Shown: piece by piece, positions 36,801 to 45,337 of the stretch | Layout: the number at the start of each line of letters is the position of its first letter | Position numbering within the stretch: position 1 is the stretch's first letter | Virus record (IMG/VR): IMGVR_UViG_3300020414_001760 | Length of the DNA: 64,000 bases | Reading direction: 5' to 3' (one strand) | Origin: an uncultured virus (IMG/VR IMGVR_UViG_3300020414_001760) | Taxonomy: Duplodnaviria; Heunggongvirae; Uroviricota; Caudoviricetes | Notes under the pieces: generated by a model | What the model saw: only the letters and a program-made list of their open reading frames with translations | What the model was told of the DNA's origin: nothing | Database searches by the model: none | Made by a program: the position numbers and the translations under genes

Positions 36801-38171
36801 AACTCTCATCTCACCTTGATCAATAAAGATCTGTAAGTCATCTGTTTCATAGTATAATGGAACAGATTCTTTAATAGGTAAGTTGTCTAATCCGTTTTGA
36901 ATTACGTCTGTAATAATAAAGAATAAGTTAGATACTCTTGTGCTTACACCTGGTTCAGGTAAACTTAAAATTACGTTTTGTGAAACTGCACCTGCACCCT
37001 GTTGTTGTGAAGTGTATGCAATATTTTTTAATACGTAATTGTTAATTAAATCTCTACAAAATTGTTTTGCAAGTATTTCAGGTTGTCTATCTCCGTCAAT
37101 TTGTGGAGTAGTTTGTACCCAATACTTACTTGCGTTGAAATGTGTATTTGCATTTCCACCGTGTTTGATATCTTGTGTGATACCAACTACGTTTAATCCC
37201 ATATCTCTTTCACACTTGGTAGTGTTGTAAGTATAACCTTCCCAAGTTGAACCTGCTGTTGCATTTGCAACTTGATCTGCAATCCAAGCCACAGTTTCTT
37301 TCTTTAAGAATTCTAAGTTTGCTTCTAGTACTGCAACTGCTTTGGGAGAGAAACTAGGATTGTCTGTGTTTTTAGTTAGATAAACTGTTGTAATTGTTCC
37401 TGTTCTTTCTAAGAACTTTGGAAAGTCTTCTTCAACACCTTTTGTAAGTTTGCTTGTATCATCAGTTTGGAATGTAACACTTGCACCTAAGTCTGGATCA
37501 CTAAAGTTAAACAGTACTTCGTTGTTAGTTGTATCTGTAATTAACAATAAGTCATTTGTAGGAATACGTGTTTGCATTTTAACACTAGAAATTTGTGTAC
37601 GTTGTAATGCTGGAACATTGTCAAGTCCGTTTGCGATAACGTCTGTGATGATTCCCATTAGTTCAGTTATTCTTGTATCAGCACCTGTTTCGTAGTTAGT
37701 TGCATTATTTTTATATTGCGTTGTTACTACTGGACTTTGTGCAGATGTAAAAGTTGCCTGAGTTAAGATAAAGTTATTAATTAAATCTCTTGCAAAGTTT
37801 TTAGCCGCTATCTCTGGTTGTCTATCTCCGTCAACCTGTGGAGTACTGTTAATCCAATACTTACTTGCTAAAAATCTTGCCTGTGCGTTTCCGCCATATC
37901 TTAGGTCGTAGATGACACCGCCATTCCCGTCAGTACCTTCTAGATTATATCTGGTATCTCTCTCACACTTTGGTGAGTTGTACGTATAATTGTACCAAAA
38001 GCTAGTTGGATCACTAGCATTAGCCGCCACCTGTGCGGCAATCCATGCCACAACTTCGTCACAAATAAATTCAACGTTGTTTTTGATCAGTTCATAGGCG
38101 CCAGGATAACGATTGTCTGTTATCGGAATTCCTGGTTGGAATATATACGATTCTACTTTTTGTTTAGCCAT
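30801..38171 (-). CDS. Giant virion structural/tail-fibre protein (2456 aa)
   Basis: Gly/Thr/Ser-rich, with eight GY..GD...GG...ND repeats and two N-terminal KCERD helical domains; in the tail gene region. Confidence 0.75.
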   Translation of the reverse strand: MAKQKVESYIFQPGIPITDNRYPGAYELIKNNVEFICDEVVAWIAAQVAANASDPTSFWYNYTYNSPKCERDTRYNLEGTDGNGGVIYDLRYGGNAQARFLASKYWINSTPQVDGDRQPEIAAKNFARDLINNFILTQATFTSAQSPVVTTQYKNNATNYETGADTRITELMGIITDVIANGLDNVPALQRTQISSVKMQTRIPTNDLLLITDTTNNEVLFNFSDPDLGASVTFQTDDTSKLTKGVEEDFPKFLERTGTITTVYLTKNTDNPSFSPKAVAVLEANLEFLKKETVAWIADQVANATAGSTWEGYTYNTTKCERDMGLNVVGITQDIKHGGNANTHFNASKYWVQTTPQIDGDRQPEILAKQFCRDLINNYVLKNIAYTSQQQGAGAVSQNVILSLPEPGVSTRVSNLFFIITDVIQNGLDNLPIKESVPLYYETDDLQIFIDQGEMRVKPFDFGVDAIERMRVSNSISMLDADFEYGLQPTKWQAIGMQRGYPSIYEVPGTDKEVASVKTDASTGTGGVGQSLITVTTVGAHGIEAGTPITIKALENSIQGASRAEGSFVVSTVPTQSTFTYFAKSKVGTANNQVLSTYYTQLRQGGFYTGAAIGTPTFTILSQGTAGTFTNPLATTVGGDKVTWIGDTPEIGAPMQNVDGQIATVNTYSAANASRTAGTYTVSNASSSSVVAELIVGTMTIVVDGTGAATASGFLGGRNNAVGDTITVPDGSLGGGGAPDLTFLVASVTDGTGVGSGAQVTVVTGSGGEIATWSVAGDYAGGVNSIALSDVTGILAGQAIDRGDGTAIHVSSIVGNTVNLDGNTTSAIVGNNVQYNAVAGQNYNSAGFGAAFDVSRAGGNYTVVLNGTGGDNYEVDDVIVILGNQLGGQSPTNDCRVTVDAVDSSGSVVTFTATGSAFDGNGSYTNQAGQNMNGNGLGAIFDLTYTNNAYSVSLAQPTYANNASGVTQGGTGTGTSWDVVLTNNNYTVTENAGAAETGYIVGDALKINGSEFGGDASNDITISVTGVDGSGGITGFTSSGTGPDAQNNFTEPAYSYSGVGSGAQFNISYNGTTYAASLSQTGSGYSAAETILIDGGNIGGTSSTNDATITIDSVDGSGVITAISISGTASNSRTFTAITSASNIIGAAASFNVTVNYNNSYTVTQGNEVGTNYAVGNTIVFDGTVFGGITATNDLTITVSAVNGAGGITNFSFVGTAADATSGYAVGDRLRIDGTNVGGASPANDAIVKIDAVNGTGRINTISVTGTAPDATESYNNPAYTSNTVGGANAEFNVTRLDTAYSVTVPVGGTGYQNGEEFVILGSALGGVDVTNNATITVATVDGGTGEILTVTITGTALDTKTITDLSQFDGEATNLTGSTASFDITITNGTYSYAINTPGQDYFTDQNIKIQGTQVGGVSPANDITINITSVDASGAITGISGSGTGPSGTGSYTNVGGQNLANNGSNATFNITRNAGAYSTATVSNDGLNYQVGNKIKLLGTSLGGQTPTNDAVVTITEVATDGGVVSVTSSGTAVAGTVVKSYSTVTMSENMTAAIPQNTTLSFAALATVEVSFTTAHGLIPGDSFLVTVSSDDGVNNHTLLEGPFFAQQVPSGTTLRYQCRAAGAIGAVGDITAILYPRPDSFFVHRPYDGGVQLGTGGPQHGAQAIRQSKKYIRYQSGKGIMYTTGALFAPSYDLLEVTADATTQGSFINVTTDDVDHGLQVGGQIKLIGIETPGYNGEYTVASITSERTFRVIATTDVGSITPVLSPKAQVSLLYWHGATVRSGAFDDQNGIFQEYDGTNFNAVQRTSTLQLSGTISIGVDSNSITGIGTRFRDQVKAGDRIVIKGMTHVVSTVSSQTQMNVTPDFRGVTPATGAKLCLVFDKKTKQADFNKDKLDGTGSSGYIMDISKMQMIGIQYSWYGAGFIDWMLRGDDGNFIFYHRMRNSNINTEAYMRTGNMPVRYEVTNEGPNDKLAADMTDAQTTIPLVDASFFPSTGTVIIDNEMIQYTGVNGDTLTGCTRSAPLTNYAAGATRTYTAGVAATHTERTGVILISNTITPIISHWGSAFQTDGGFDSDRGYIFSYTSTGNVISSTRNTVFMLRLAPSVSNAIVGDLGERELLNRAQLLLEGIEITSDGADGSGNPIVGGIVVEGILNPQNYPLDPGDVGWAPLTGSAAGGQPSFAQIAPGGSVVWSTGATQVTRNATTVAEMTLDVTKSGNTNNWIYHRITSASYSTAVANGLTTGVTVTATGNGSPSDFPANTTLTEILDWYNPPYLRFNNRNSNGQVSNGETITMSINPTGALNKTNFLYFTKTSWEATGAIAGTEVNDSKFPGGTYVSAVQGPLVFGGVEYYRVTFTQSSLQNITAGSTVGFLFGQPPYAQPGETVFSFIATPGATSTLDLGTLKELTNTTLGGRGTFPNGPDVLAINVYKAAGADTNANIIIRWGEAQA
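33560..35650 (-). repeat. Eight degenerate ~80-90 aa beta-rich protein repeats
   Basis: Recurrent Y-x-x-G-D/N...G..(L/F/V)GG...ND..(I/V)T...VD..G pattern counted in the translation; boundaries approximate. Confidence 0.75.
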
Positions 38172-38176
38172 CTATT

Positions 38177-39211
38177 TTAACTTCCTAATGCAATCGCCAA
38201 TGCAGTTGCTCTGTTATCAACGTACTTCTTGTTCGCGGCTCCAGTTGGTGCAACCGGTTGTGCTTGAACATTTGCAGTTGTAAAAGTAGCACTACTTGGG
38301 TCAGTATTTCCTATCTTTGTATTATTTATCGTTCCTGCTGTCGCCGTTAAATTTGTTGTAGACACAGTTCCAGGTGTTGTAGCACCTAAATTCATGTTAT
38401 CTATTGTACCTCCTGCACTAGGATTAACCAATACTGTACCAGCTGATCCTGTGGGAATAATTCTAATATCTGCGTTTTCTCCGTTCAATGTAACGTTATC
38501 TAATGTTGTTAATCTTTGTGCGTTTACATCAACGTTGCTGATTGTACCACCATTTGATGGATTAATTACCACCGTACCTGAGCTTCCTGTAGGTGATAAT
38601 GTAATTACTGCATTTTCACCCTGTGCAGTAATATTACCTGTTGTAAGAATGCTTGAAAAACTACCAATACCTGTAATGGTTGGATCATCAATAGTAAATA
38701 TTCCTATTGGATTTTGATCACCGTCACCGTAGTATAATAATGCTGGAGCATTTGTTGGTACTGTAAATGTTACCTTACCTGAAAATTGTCCTTGTGCTTC
38801 TGATAATTCTTTTTTAGTTGTTTGATCTGTGCTTAAATGAGATACACCTGTGTTGTATAATGTGTAGTTTCCACTATCATCTATACTAAAAATGTTGAAA
38901 CTCATGTTACCAAGTGTTTGACCTGCTTGGTTTGTTGTTCTTAAAATCAAGTTGAATACGTATGCACTACCTCTGGTTAATGTAACACCTGGGTTTGATT
39001 CTAATTGTGTTGTTGAACCGTCTTGGAATACGCCGTCAAATGTAAAGTTACCACCTGCATCTCTAACAACATAATCACCCGATACATCAGTAGCTTCTTC
39101 TACAACGGTATATGTTACACTTCTTAATGTTACGTTACCGTCTTCGTCTACTGTAAATCCTGGTGATTTAAATCCGTGTTGTGCTTCAAAAGGTGATTTA
39201 ACGACTGCCAT
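38177..39211 (-). CDS. Virion structural protein
   Basis: TLTRGSAYVF...PTNAPALLYY domain, Thr/Gly-rich repeats, AANKKYVD...AIALG terminus; late motif at 39227-39234 plus AGGAG. Confidence 0.65.
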   Translation of the reverse strand: MAVVKSPFEAQHGFKSPGFTVDEDGNVTLRSVTYTVVEEATDVSGDYVVRDAGGNFTFDGVFQDGSTTQLESNPGVTLTRGSAYVFNLILRTTNQAGQTLGNMSFNIFSIDDSGNYTLYNTGVSHLSTDQTTKKELSEAQGQFSGKVTFTVPTNAPALLYYGDGDQNPIGIFTIDDPTITGIGSFSSILTTGNITAQGENAVITLSPTGSSGTVVINPSNGGTISNVDVNAQRLTTLDNVTLNGENADIRIIPTGSAGTVLVNPSAGGTIDNMNLGATTPGTVSTTNLTATAGTINNTKIGNTDPSSATFTTANVQAQPVAPTGAANKKYVDNRATALAIALGS

Positions 39212-39239
39212 AATATGCTCCTATAGTATTTACCTTCAT

Positions 39240-40937
39240 TTAGCTTACCACAATTAAACCGTGCATACTACTATGGAACTGACAGTTATAGTGGTATGTA
39301 CCTGTTGCACTAGGTGTCCAAGTTATGTTACCTGAAACAGCACCTTGATTAACAGCCGTCGGATTGGTTACCTGGTAACTTGTACCAGTTGAGTTTGTTG
39401 TTTTAATATACAAAGGATGCCCCGCGGCATTCATTGACAATGTTAAGTTATCGTTAACATTTAAATTAATCTGTTGATTGTTTCCGCTTACTGCACCGTT
39501 TCTATCATTACCTGATAATGTGTATGCACCAGCACCTGCATTGGTAACTGTTATCGTGTAGTTGTTACCTGGTGTAATTGAAGTATCATTAATTGTTACA
39601 CCAACCGTTGCTTGACCGTTATCCAATGCTAGTTGGAAAACTTCTGAACCTTCTGTTGTTAAGTCTGATGACACAGTAACGTTTAATGATTCCTGTGAAC
39701 CAACAATAAAGTCTCCAGTCAATGGAGCATTGTTAATATCAGCACTTGCTATTCCTGAAATCGTGTAAGGTAAACTTGTACCGTTTGCAACGTTTTCAGT
39801 TGTAAGTGTAATCGTAAATGTTCCGCCTTCGTTTACAGCCGCCACTGAACGACCCAAGCTGTAGCTTTCCACTGCCGCCGCTTGTGAAGTATCTGCAACC
39901 TGTATCTGTGCAGTTGCTTGACCGTTGTCCAATGACATCATAAAACTTTCAACACCTTCTGTGGTTACGTCTTCTGCAAGGGTAAAGTCAAAGAAGTCTG
40001 TTGTTCCTACAACAAATGATCCTGTTACATTTCCTGCTGATAAGTCTGCCTGATCAACTCCAGTTACCGTATATGCTAATTCAGTTCCTGCCGCAACGTT
40101 ACCTGTTGTTAGTGTAACTCTAAATGTGTCTCCTTCAGAAACGTTTCCTACACTTGTTGTTAAATTGTATGTGATAGCAGGAGTCTGTGAAAGATCTTGT
40201 ATGGTTACATTTGCGGCCACGGCTGGCGTTATGCCATCAAGTGTCATTGTAAATGTTTCTGGACCTTCTGTTGAAAGGTCTTCTGAAACCGGATATGTAA
40301 ATGTATCAGTTGTTCCAGTTATAAAGTTTCCTGTAAGATCCGCTCCACCTATGTCTGCACTCTGTACACCTGTAATTGTAAATGGAATAGTTGTACCTGC
40401 ATTAACATTTGTTGTGATAAGTGTAATGCTAAATGACTGTCCTTCATTAACCAATGAAGTAGATCTTGATAATGTGTAAGTTGGGTCGTATGCACTTGAA
40501 CTTGATCCTGCAATAACAGGTCCTGGTTCGTTTAGTGTTGCGTAATAGTTTGCACTATGTATTATTTTTGCACCATTAATACTAGTTGAATCTTCTTGTA
40601 CTCTTGGATATGCCATAAGTTTAAAGTAAGAATCAGTTACTTCAACTTCTAGCTGTAATAGGTCATTACCTAAATTACTTCTACCGTATATTACTATGTT
40701 TGCTGTGCTTGTACTTGCTGTACATAAGCATTTGATTATCTCTTTACGTGCTGAATTAACATCACAAGCAATAGTGTATTCCACACCAAAATATGAACCA
40801 ACATACCAACGATCTAGTTCGGTACCGTTTTCCACAAGTGTAGCTGAAGGACCGGCATAACTTAGGTTACTACCGCCTCTAAATTCTATTGTATTGTTTT
40901 GCCCTTTACGGAAAAACTTGCTGATATCAAACGCCAT
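39240..40937 (-). CDS. Virion structural protein with three Calx-beta/Ig-like repeats and a C-terminal cupredoxin-like domain
   Basis: Three V(N/S)EG...EG.E.F...LD repeats; AGHPLYI...YNCQFHSSMHG at the C-terminus; late motif at 40956-40963. Confidence 0.7.
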   Translation of the reverse strand: MAFDISKFFRKGQNNTIEFRGGSNLSYAGPSATLVENGTELDRWYVGSYFGVEYTIACDVNSARKEIIKCLCTASTSTANIVIYGRSNLGNDLLQLEVEVTDSYFKLMAYPRVQEDSTSINGAKIIHSANYYATLNEPGPVIAGSSSSAYDPTYTLSRSTSLVNEGQSFSITLITTNVNAGTTIPFTITGVQSADIGGADLTGNFITGTTDTFTYPVSEDLSTEGPETFTMTLDGITPAVAANVTIQDLSQTPAITYNLTTSVGNVSEGDTFRVTLTTGNVAAGTELAYTVTGVDQADLSAGNVTGSFVVGTTDFFDFTLAEDVTTEGVESFMMSLDNGQATAQIQVADTSQAAAVESYSLGRSVAAVNEGGTFTITLTTENVANGTSLPYTISGIASADINNAPLTGDFIVGSQESLNVTVSSDLTTEGSEVFQLALDNGQATVGVTINDTSITPGNNYTITVTNAGAGAYTLSGNDRNGAVSGNNQQINLNVNDNLTLSMNAAGHPLYIKTTNSTGTSYQVTNPTAVNQGAVSGNITWTPSATGTYHYNCQFHSSMHGLIVVS

Positions 40938-40999
40938 TAAACATCCTCTTTGTAGTATTTATTCAATTAGTAACGGCTTAGGTCCAAAAGCATATTACC

Positions 41000-41048
41000 G
41001 CTTTTTACCGCTTCGCGGCATTAAATTTGCTTTTTTACCGCTCCGCGG
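41000..41048 (-). repeat. Tandem ~19 bp direct repeat, each with a CCGC-GNA-GCGG mini-hairpin
   Basis: Plus strand GCTTTTTACCGCTTCGCGG (41000-41018) and GCTTTTTTACCGCTCCGCGG (41029-41048). Confidence 0.85.
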
Positions 41049-41670
41049 ATTCTCTCGCAATCCCCAAATACCACATATCTAACGGATACTGTTTTGAAGG
41101 AAAATGATGTGTAATTTTTAAGTTATTTTTCTCAATCATATCTTTAAAAGTATCAGGGTTTGATCCCCATACGTTTTCAGCAAGAATAATAATACCATCT
41201 TCTGATAGGTAATCTCCAACATTATCGAAGAAGTTTTTGTGTATAGACCAGTCTAAATCCTTGTATTTCCTTGGATCATCATAGTGTGCAACATACGGGT
41301 CACCATTGAAATGTGGAGGATTAGCTACAATTAGGTCGAAAGATTGTTTAGGAATGTTCTTAAAGTTATCGCTTAAGAAGAAATGTGCCTTGTCATCTAG
41401 ATTGTTTTGTAGTATTGTTTGTAATACTGCTGGTTTGTTTGGTTCCCATACATCTGATAATGTAATCTTTTCTGTCTTACCTATGCCTAGTAACCCAAAC
41501 CCCCAAAAGCCCGGACCACTACACCATTCTAATGTATTATAAAATGATTTGTCTTCTGTAATAAAACTTGTTGCATCGAGAAAATCATCAATCATGGTAT
41601 TACCACAACCGTCAATTTCATCTGTCCAGTATATTTTTGTGTCGAAGTATTGTGTAAATTTATCCGTCAT
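41035..41670 (-). CDS. SAM-dependent methyltransferase (NPPx, HemK/MTS-like)
   Basis: LEWCSGPGFWG (motif I) and FDLIVANPPHF (motif IV). Confidence 0.82.
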   Translation of the reverse strand: MTDKFTQYFDTKIYWTDEIDGCGNTMIDDFLDATSFITEDKSFYNTLEWCSGPGFWGFGLLGIGKTEKITLSDVWEPNKPAVLQTILQNNLDDKAHFFLSDNFKNIPKQSFDLIVANPPHFNGDPYVAHYDDPRKYKDLDWSIHKNFFDNVGDYLSEDGIIILAENVWGSNPDTFKDMIEKNNLKITHHFPSKQYPLDMWYLGIARESAER

Positions 41671-43462
41671 TTTTCAGCGTTATAAGTTTTTTATATTCAG
41701 GCAAGTACAAGTACTCAATGTCGCTGTGTTTCAATGTACGTACAGCATCATCTAGTGTTTCTACTAACGGCTCGCCTCCTAAATTAAAACTTGTATTGAA
41801 AATAATTGACAATCCTGTCTTTTCTTTCCACGCCTTAATCAAATTATAGTAATGAGGATTTTGTTTTTCACTAACTGTTTGTATTCTGCAAGTTCCATCA
41901 ACGTGTATAATGCTTGGAATTCTTTCTGCAATACCTTCTTGACAGTTTACAGCATACATCATTGTTGGTGAACTTTTCATACCACGTAAATCAAACCATT
42001 CATGCACATCTTCTTCAAGTATGCTACCTGCAAATGGTCTAAAGTATTCTCTACGTTTAACTAGATTAACGTGATCTTTACCATTAGGGTCACTTGGATC
42101 ATACATAATAGTTCTGTTACCTAATGCACGAGGACCGTTTTCACTACGTCCTTGAAAAATAGTACAAATTTTTCTATCAACTAATATATCAACTACTTTG
42201 TTGTTGTCACCTTCTTCAATAGTTGCACCATATTTTTCTACAATATCATTTATTTCTTTATCTGAATAACAATATGCAGGACCTTCATATAATGTATCTT
42301 GCTGTTCTTGTACTTTATTATCTTTTGTAAGTTTTCTGTGCATTAACATTGCCGCACCCATGGCCGTTCCTGCATCATTACTTACTGGCTCAACATATAT
42401 TTCAATGTTATCGTCTTTTAATTGATCTAAGTATTCGTAGTTTGCTACACAGTTAAGCCCATAACCGCCACTAATAACAACTTTATTCTTACCAGACATT
42501 TCAACTGCACGTCTAATAAGTTTTACAACTTGATCCTGTGACTGTGTTTGTACAGCATACGCCATATCTCTTCTATTATCTAATTTGCTTACATCTTCAT
42601 TGTCGTGTGTTGCAAGATATTCAAACAAGTTATAGTTTACATGAGCACCATTTGGATATGTAGGTACAATCATTTGTCTATCTGACAATGGCCACATACT
42701 ATCATCTCTGAATAATTTTATATCAGTCTCTTTACCATATGGAAATAATCCCATAGTCTTACCTGCTTCAATAAAACTAAAGCCACAGTATTCAGTTACT
42801 GCTTCATATGTTTTTACAATACCTGCGTTCTCTGTTAAGAAAGCATCATGTGTCCATTCTTTAGGTTCGTCATATAATTCACTTGACATATCTTTAAGAT
42901 ACTGTGAAGTAATAGGACCATTTGTACCTAAGTGTTTGTACATTGTTTTAAAATTATCTGGATAAGAACAATCATATATTGTTTCTGTTTCCCATACAGT
43001 CATTGGTTCTTGATTAGTTTGTAAATCAATAAACGTACCTGCACCATCTACAATAACTGCTACTGCACTATCAAAGCCTGATCTATAAAAAGCTGTTGCG
43101 GCGTGTAACTTGTGATGTATATGACTGTAGTCAATTACTTGTGGGTGATTTTCTTCTGGGCTATAAGGCTTTCTACTTATTAATCCCATCTTACGTGCAA
43201 GTCCTGTGTAAACATCATCTCCACTAAAGTCTACTCTACCTGCTGTTCTTTGTAAATTTTGTGTATGTGCAACTACTAAGAAATCTAATTTGTCTGTGTA
43301 TTCTAAAATTTTCATCATAGAAGCATAAGGACCACCGTCATACTTTTGACGTGTAAGTCTTTCTTCTTCTATTGCAAATACAATTTCACCATCTTTTAAA
43401 AGACACACACCTGCGTTATGTCCTCTGGCAATACCGGCGATCCAAACTGGTTTCTTTTCCAT
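41660..43462 (-). CDS. Carbamoyltransferase, NodU/CmcH/TobZ family
   Basis: GHNAG, EEERLTRQK, HHKLHA, VDGAG, GKTMGL, SGGYGLNCVAN, GPRALGNR, KRREYFRPFA, HVDGTCRIQTV, NTSFNLGGEP. Confidence 0.93.
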   Translation of the reverse strand: MEKKPVWIAGIARGHNAGVCLLKDGEIVFAIEEERLTRQKYDGGPYASMMKILEYTDKLDFLVVAHTQNLQRTAGRVDFSGDDVYTGLARKMGLISRKPYSPEENHPQVIDYSHIHHKLHAATAFYRSGFDSAVAVIVDGAGTFIDLQTNQEPMTVWETETIYDCSYPDNFKTMYKHLGTNGPITSQYLKDMSSELYDEPKEWTHDAFLTENAGIVKTYEAVTEYCGFSFIEAGKTMGLFPYGKETDIKLFRDDSMWPLSDRQMIVPTYPNGAHVNYNLFEYLATHDNEDVSKLDNRRDMAYAVQTQSQDQVVKLIRRAVEMSGKNKVVISGGYGLNCVANYEYLDQLKDDNIEIYVEPVSNDAGTAMGAAMLMHRKLTKDNKVQEQQDTLYEGPAYCYSDKEINDIVEKYGATIEEGDNNKVVDILVDRKICTIFQGRSENGPRALGNRTIMYDPSDPNGKDHVNLVKRREYFRPFAGSILEEDVHEWFDLRGMKSSPTMMYAVNCQEGIAERIPSIIHVDGTCRIQTVSEKQNPHYYNLIKAWKEKTGLSIIFNTSFNLGGEPLVETLDDAVRTLKHSDIEYLYLPEYKKLITLKNDG

Positions 43463-44281
43463 TTAAAATCCTCTATACTTCCTATCCCATTTTACTGTGC
43501 GAGTAATGTTTGCGATAGTTTCTTTGTAGTCGTTAGTTTTTGCACTATTAGTAGTATCTATCAAATTTTCTTGTTCTTGAGTTACGTTCTGGTTGTGATG
43601 ATGTACCCAATCTAAGTGTTGATTTGGACTAGGATGTAATTCAACCCATCTATCTCCATCTTCATTTGTAAACCACCATTGCATATCTGGTCTATTCCAA
43701 GCATGAATACCGATTGGACATAACCAATGATCTCCTTTAAGCACATCACTATATTCTTCTAATCCAAATTCTTTAATACCATCTGCAAGTAAAGGTGTGT
43801 TACGTAAGTTTTCACCATGTCCTTTTTGATGTGGAATGTCTGTACCTAGTGTATTAAGATTGCTTATGCTTGTAAAATAAAACTCACAACCCGTAGATTC
43901 TAACAAACCTTTTGTTAATTCTATTGCGTGTAGTGTATGTAAGAAGTATGCTTTCTCATCATAAAAAGTATCAATCCATTTTTTATCAAATAGTTCTTCG
44001 TTTTGATAACTGAACATACTGCCTTTTGTTTGCCAAGGTTCTTCATGACTAAAGTTTAACCAGTCATGTCTTAAATGACTAGTCCATTGTACAACAACTT
44101 GATCTTTGTGATTAAATTTATTTTTTATGTTACATTCTGCTACACGTTCAGCTATAGCACGATTACCTAATCCAGCATGACCCCAATTTTCATAGTAGTT
44201 TGCTTCAAGGCTCATGATGTCTGCCCATGTAGGCCAGTTCCAAGATGTGTATGAACAGCCGAATGTATACAGCCTATCCAT
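43463..44281 (-). CDS. SGNH/GDSL-like protein (possible acyl esterase/transferase)
   Basis: FGCSYT block I, NWGHAGLGN block II, VVVQWT, and a C-terminal LHPS. Confidence 0.55.
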   Translation of the reverse strand: MDRLYTFGCSYTSWNWPTWADIMSLEANYYENWGHAGLGNRAIAERVAECNIKNKFNHKDQVVVQWTSHLRHDWLNFSHEEPWQTKGSMFSYQNEELFDKKWIDTFYDEKAYFLHTLHAIELTKGLLESTGCEFYFTSISNLNTLGTDIPHQKGHGENLRNTPLLADGIKEFGLEEYSDVLKGDHWLCPIGIHAWNRPDMQWWFTNEDGDRWVELHPSPNQHLDWVHHHNQNVTQEQENLIDTTNSAKTNDYKETIANITRTVKWDRKYRGF

Positions 44282-44282
44282 G

Positions 44283-45263
44283 TTACTCGTCTTCTGTGTA
44301 CTTAGGTCCTACTTTTTCTTTTCCAGTAAGTCCGTTAGTAACTGACTCAACAATAATATCTTCAACTTTATCATTCATTGCCATAACACCGTCATTGGTT
44401 CTATCAGCAAATTCGTCAGTAGTAACTCTAATTGGAGAATAAGTTCTTGCACCTTGACCCATATCTAAGATATCAAAGTTTTCATCATTAGGATAACTTA
44501 CATTAACGGGATATGTACTACCTATTACAACCGTACATTTTTTATCTAGTGCGTGTACCATGTGTTGTCCTGAACTATCACAGCCTAAGAAGTAATCTGC
44601 ATTAGCAATAATACCGCACCAATGTCTTAAGTCTGCACCCATAGGACTTGCTACAGGTTCTTTTACTTTGTGTTTAGAAAAGTCAATGCCAAACTCTGCC
44701 ATATGAATTACGCCATATTTTTTAGAAAGTTTCTTAACAATGTTTACGGAATTTTCAGCTTCAAAACTTCTACCACTATAGTCTGAAATCATTCCGTTTT
44801 CGTGTTGTGTAGTTCTACCAAATGGTTGGAATACAACTACTTTATCTTTTTTAGTTTTTTCTCTTACTTCGTCAACAAGTTTTTTACCAAAGATCATTTC
44901 TTCTTTGTTTAATCTAACCTTAGGTTTTTGTAGTTCACGTAAGCCTTTGTTATTAATTGCAATATCATATGCTTGGGCAATACTACATAGTTGATTATAA
45001 TACTCCCAAACTCTGTATGGTTCAGGTGTAATTAACGTTCTGTCTTTTAATTTGTCTTGAAATAATCCTTTGTGCCAATGATCATATACTCTAGCATACA
45101 AAGTAGGATGACCTTTAAAGAAATCAGTACCTCCTTCACAAACAATAACAAAATCGTCTTTCGGATTTTCTTCTTGAAACTTTTCTAGAGCAGGGATTGA
45201 TGCAATTACTCGACCGGCACCGCCATTAATAAAAATAGCTGAACTTCTTTTATTATCTGTCAT
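44283..45263 (-). CDS. GT9-like glycosyltransferase (heptosyltransferase-like)
   Basis: GGAGRVIASIPAL resembles the GT9 GGxGD start; VVFQPFG; IIANADYFLGCDSSGQHMVHAL resembles the GT9 DSGxxHxAxA motif. Confidence 0.65.
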   Translation of the reverse strand: MTDNKRSSAIFINGGAGRVIASIPALEKFQEENPKDDFVIVCEGGTDFFKGHPTLYARVYDHWHKGLFQDKLKDRTLITPEPYRVWEYYNQLCSIAQAYDIAINNKGLRELQKPKVRLNKEEMIFGKKLVDEVREKTKKDKVVVFQPFGRTTQHENGMISDYSGRSFEAENSVNIVKKLSKKYGVIHMAEFGIDFSKHKVKEPVASPMGADLRHWCGIIANADYFLGCDSSGQHMVHALDKKCTVVIGSTYPVNVSYPNDENFDILDMGQGARTYSPIRVTTDEFADRTNDGVMAMNDKVEDIIVESVTNGLTGKEKVGPKYTEDE

Positions 45264-45319
45264 TTATCATCCTTTAAACTGTGCGTAATTCGTGCTTAAT
45301 ATAACAAGCACTATGCAGT

Positions 45320-45327
45320 TATTTAAA
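45320..45327 (-). promoter_or_regulatory. Possible late promoter TTTAAATA with a hairpin-containing leader
   Basis: Motif followed by a GTGCTT/AAGCAC inverted repeat (about 45292-45311) and AAGGA before the GT9 ATG. Confidence 0.45.
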
Positions 45328-45337
45328 AGAGATTATA

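Noticed and set aside
39240..39560. Plastocyanin (petE) photosynthesis gene implying a cyanophage
   Set aside because: It is the C-terminal domain of a 565 aa structural-type protein with no signal peptide; no photosynthesis genes are in the window, so the host stays undetermined.
40986..41048. Short repeats as a mini CRISPR array
   Set aside because: Only two ~19 bp copies with a ~10 bp gap and no cas genes in the window.
41035..41670. DNA adenine methyltransferase
   Set aside because: The NPPx motif is shared, but the protein is small, has no evident target-recognition domain and looks HemK/MTS-like; the substrate is left open.
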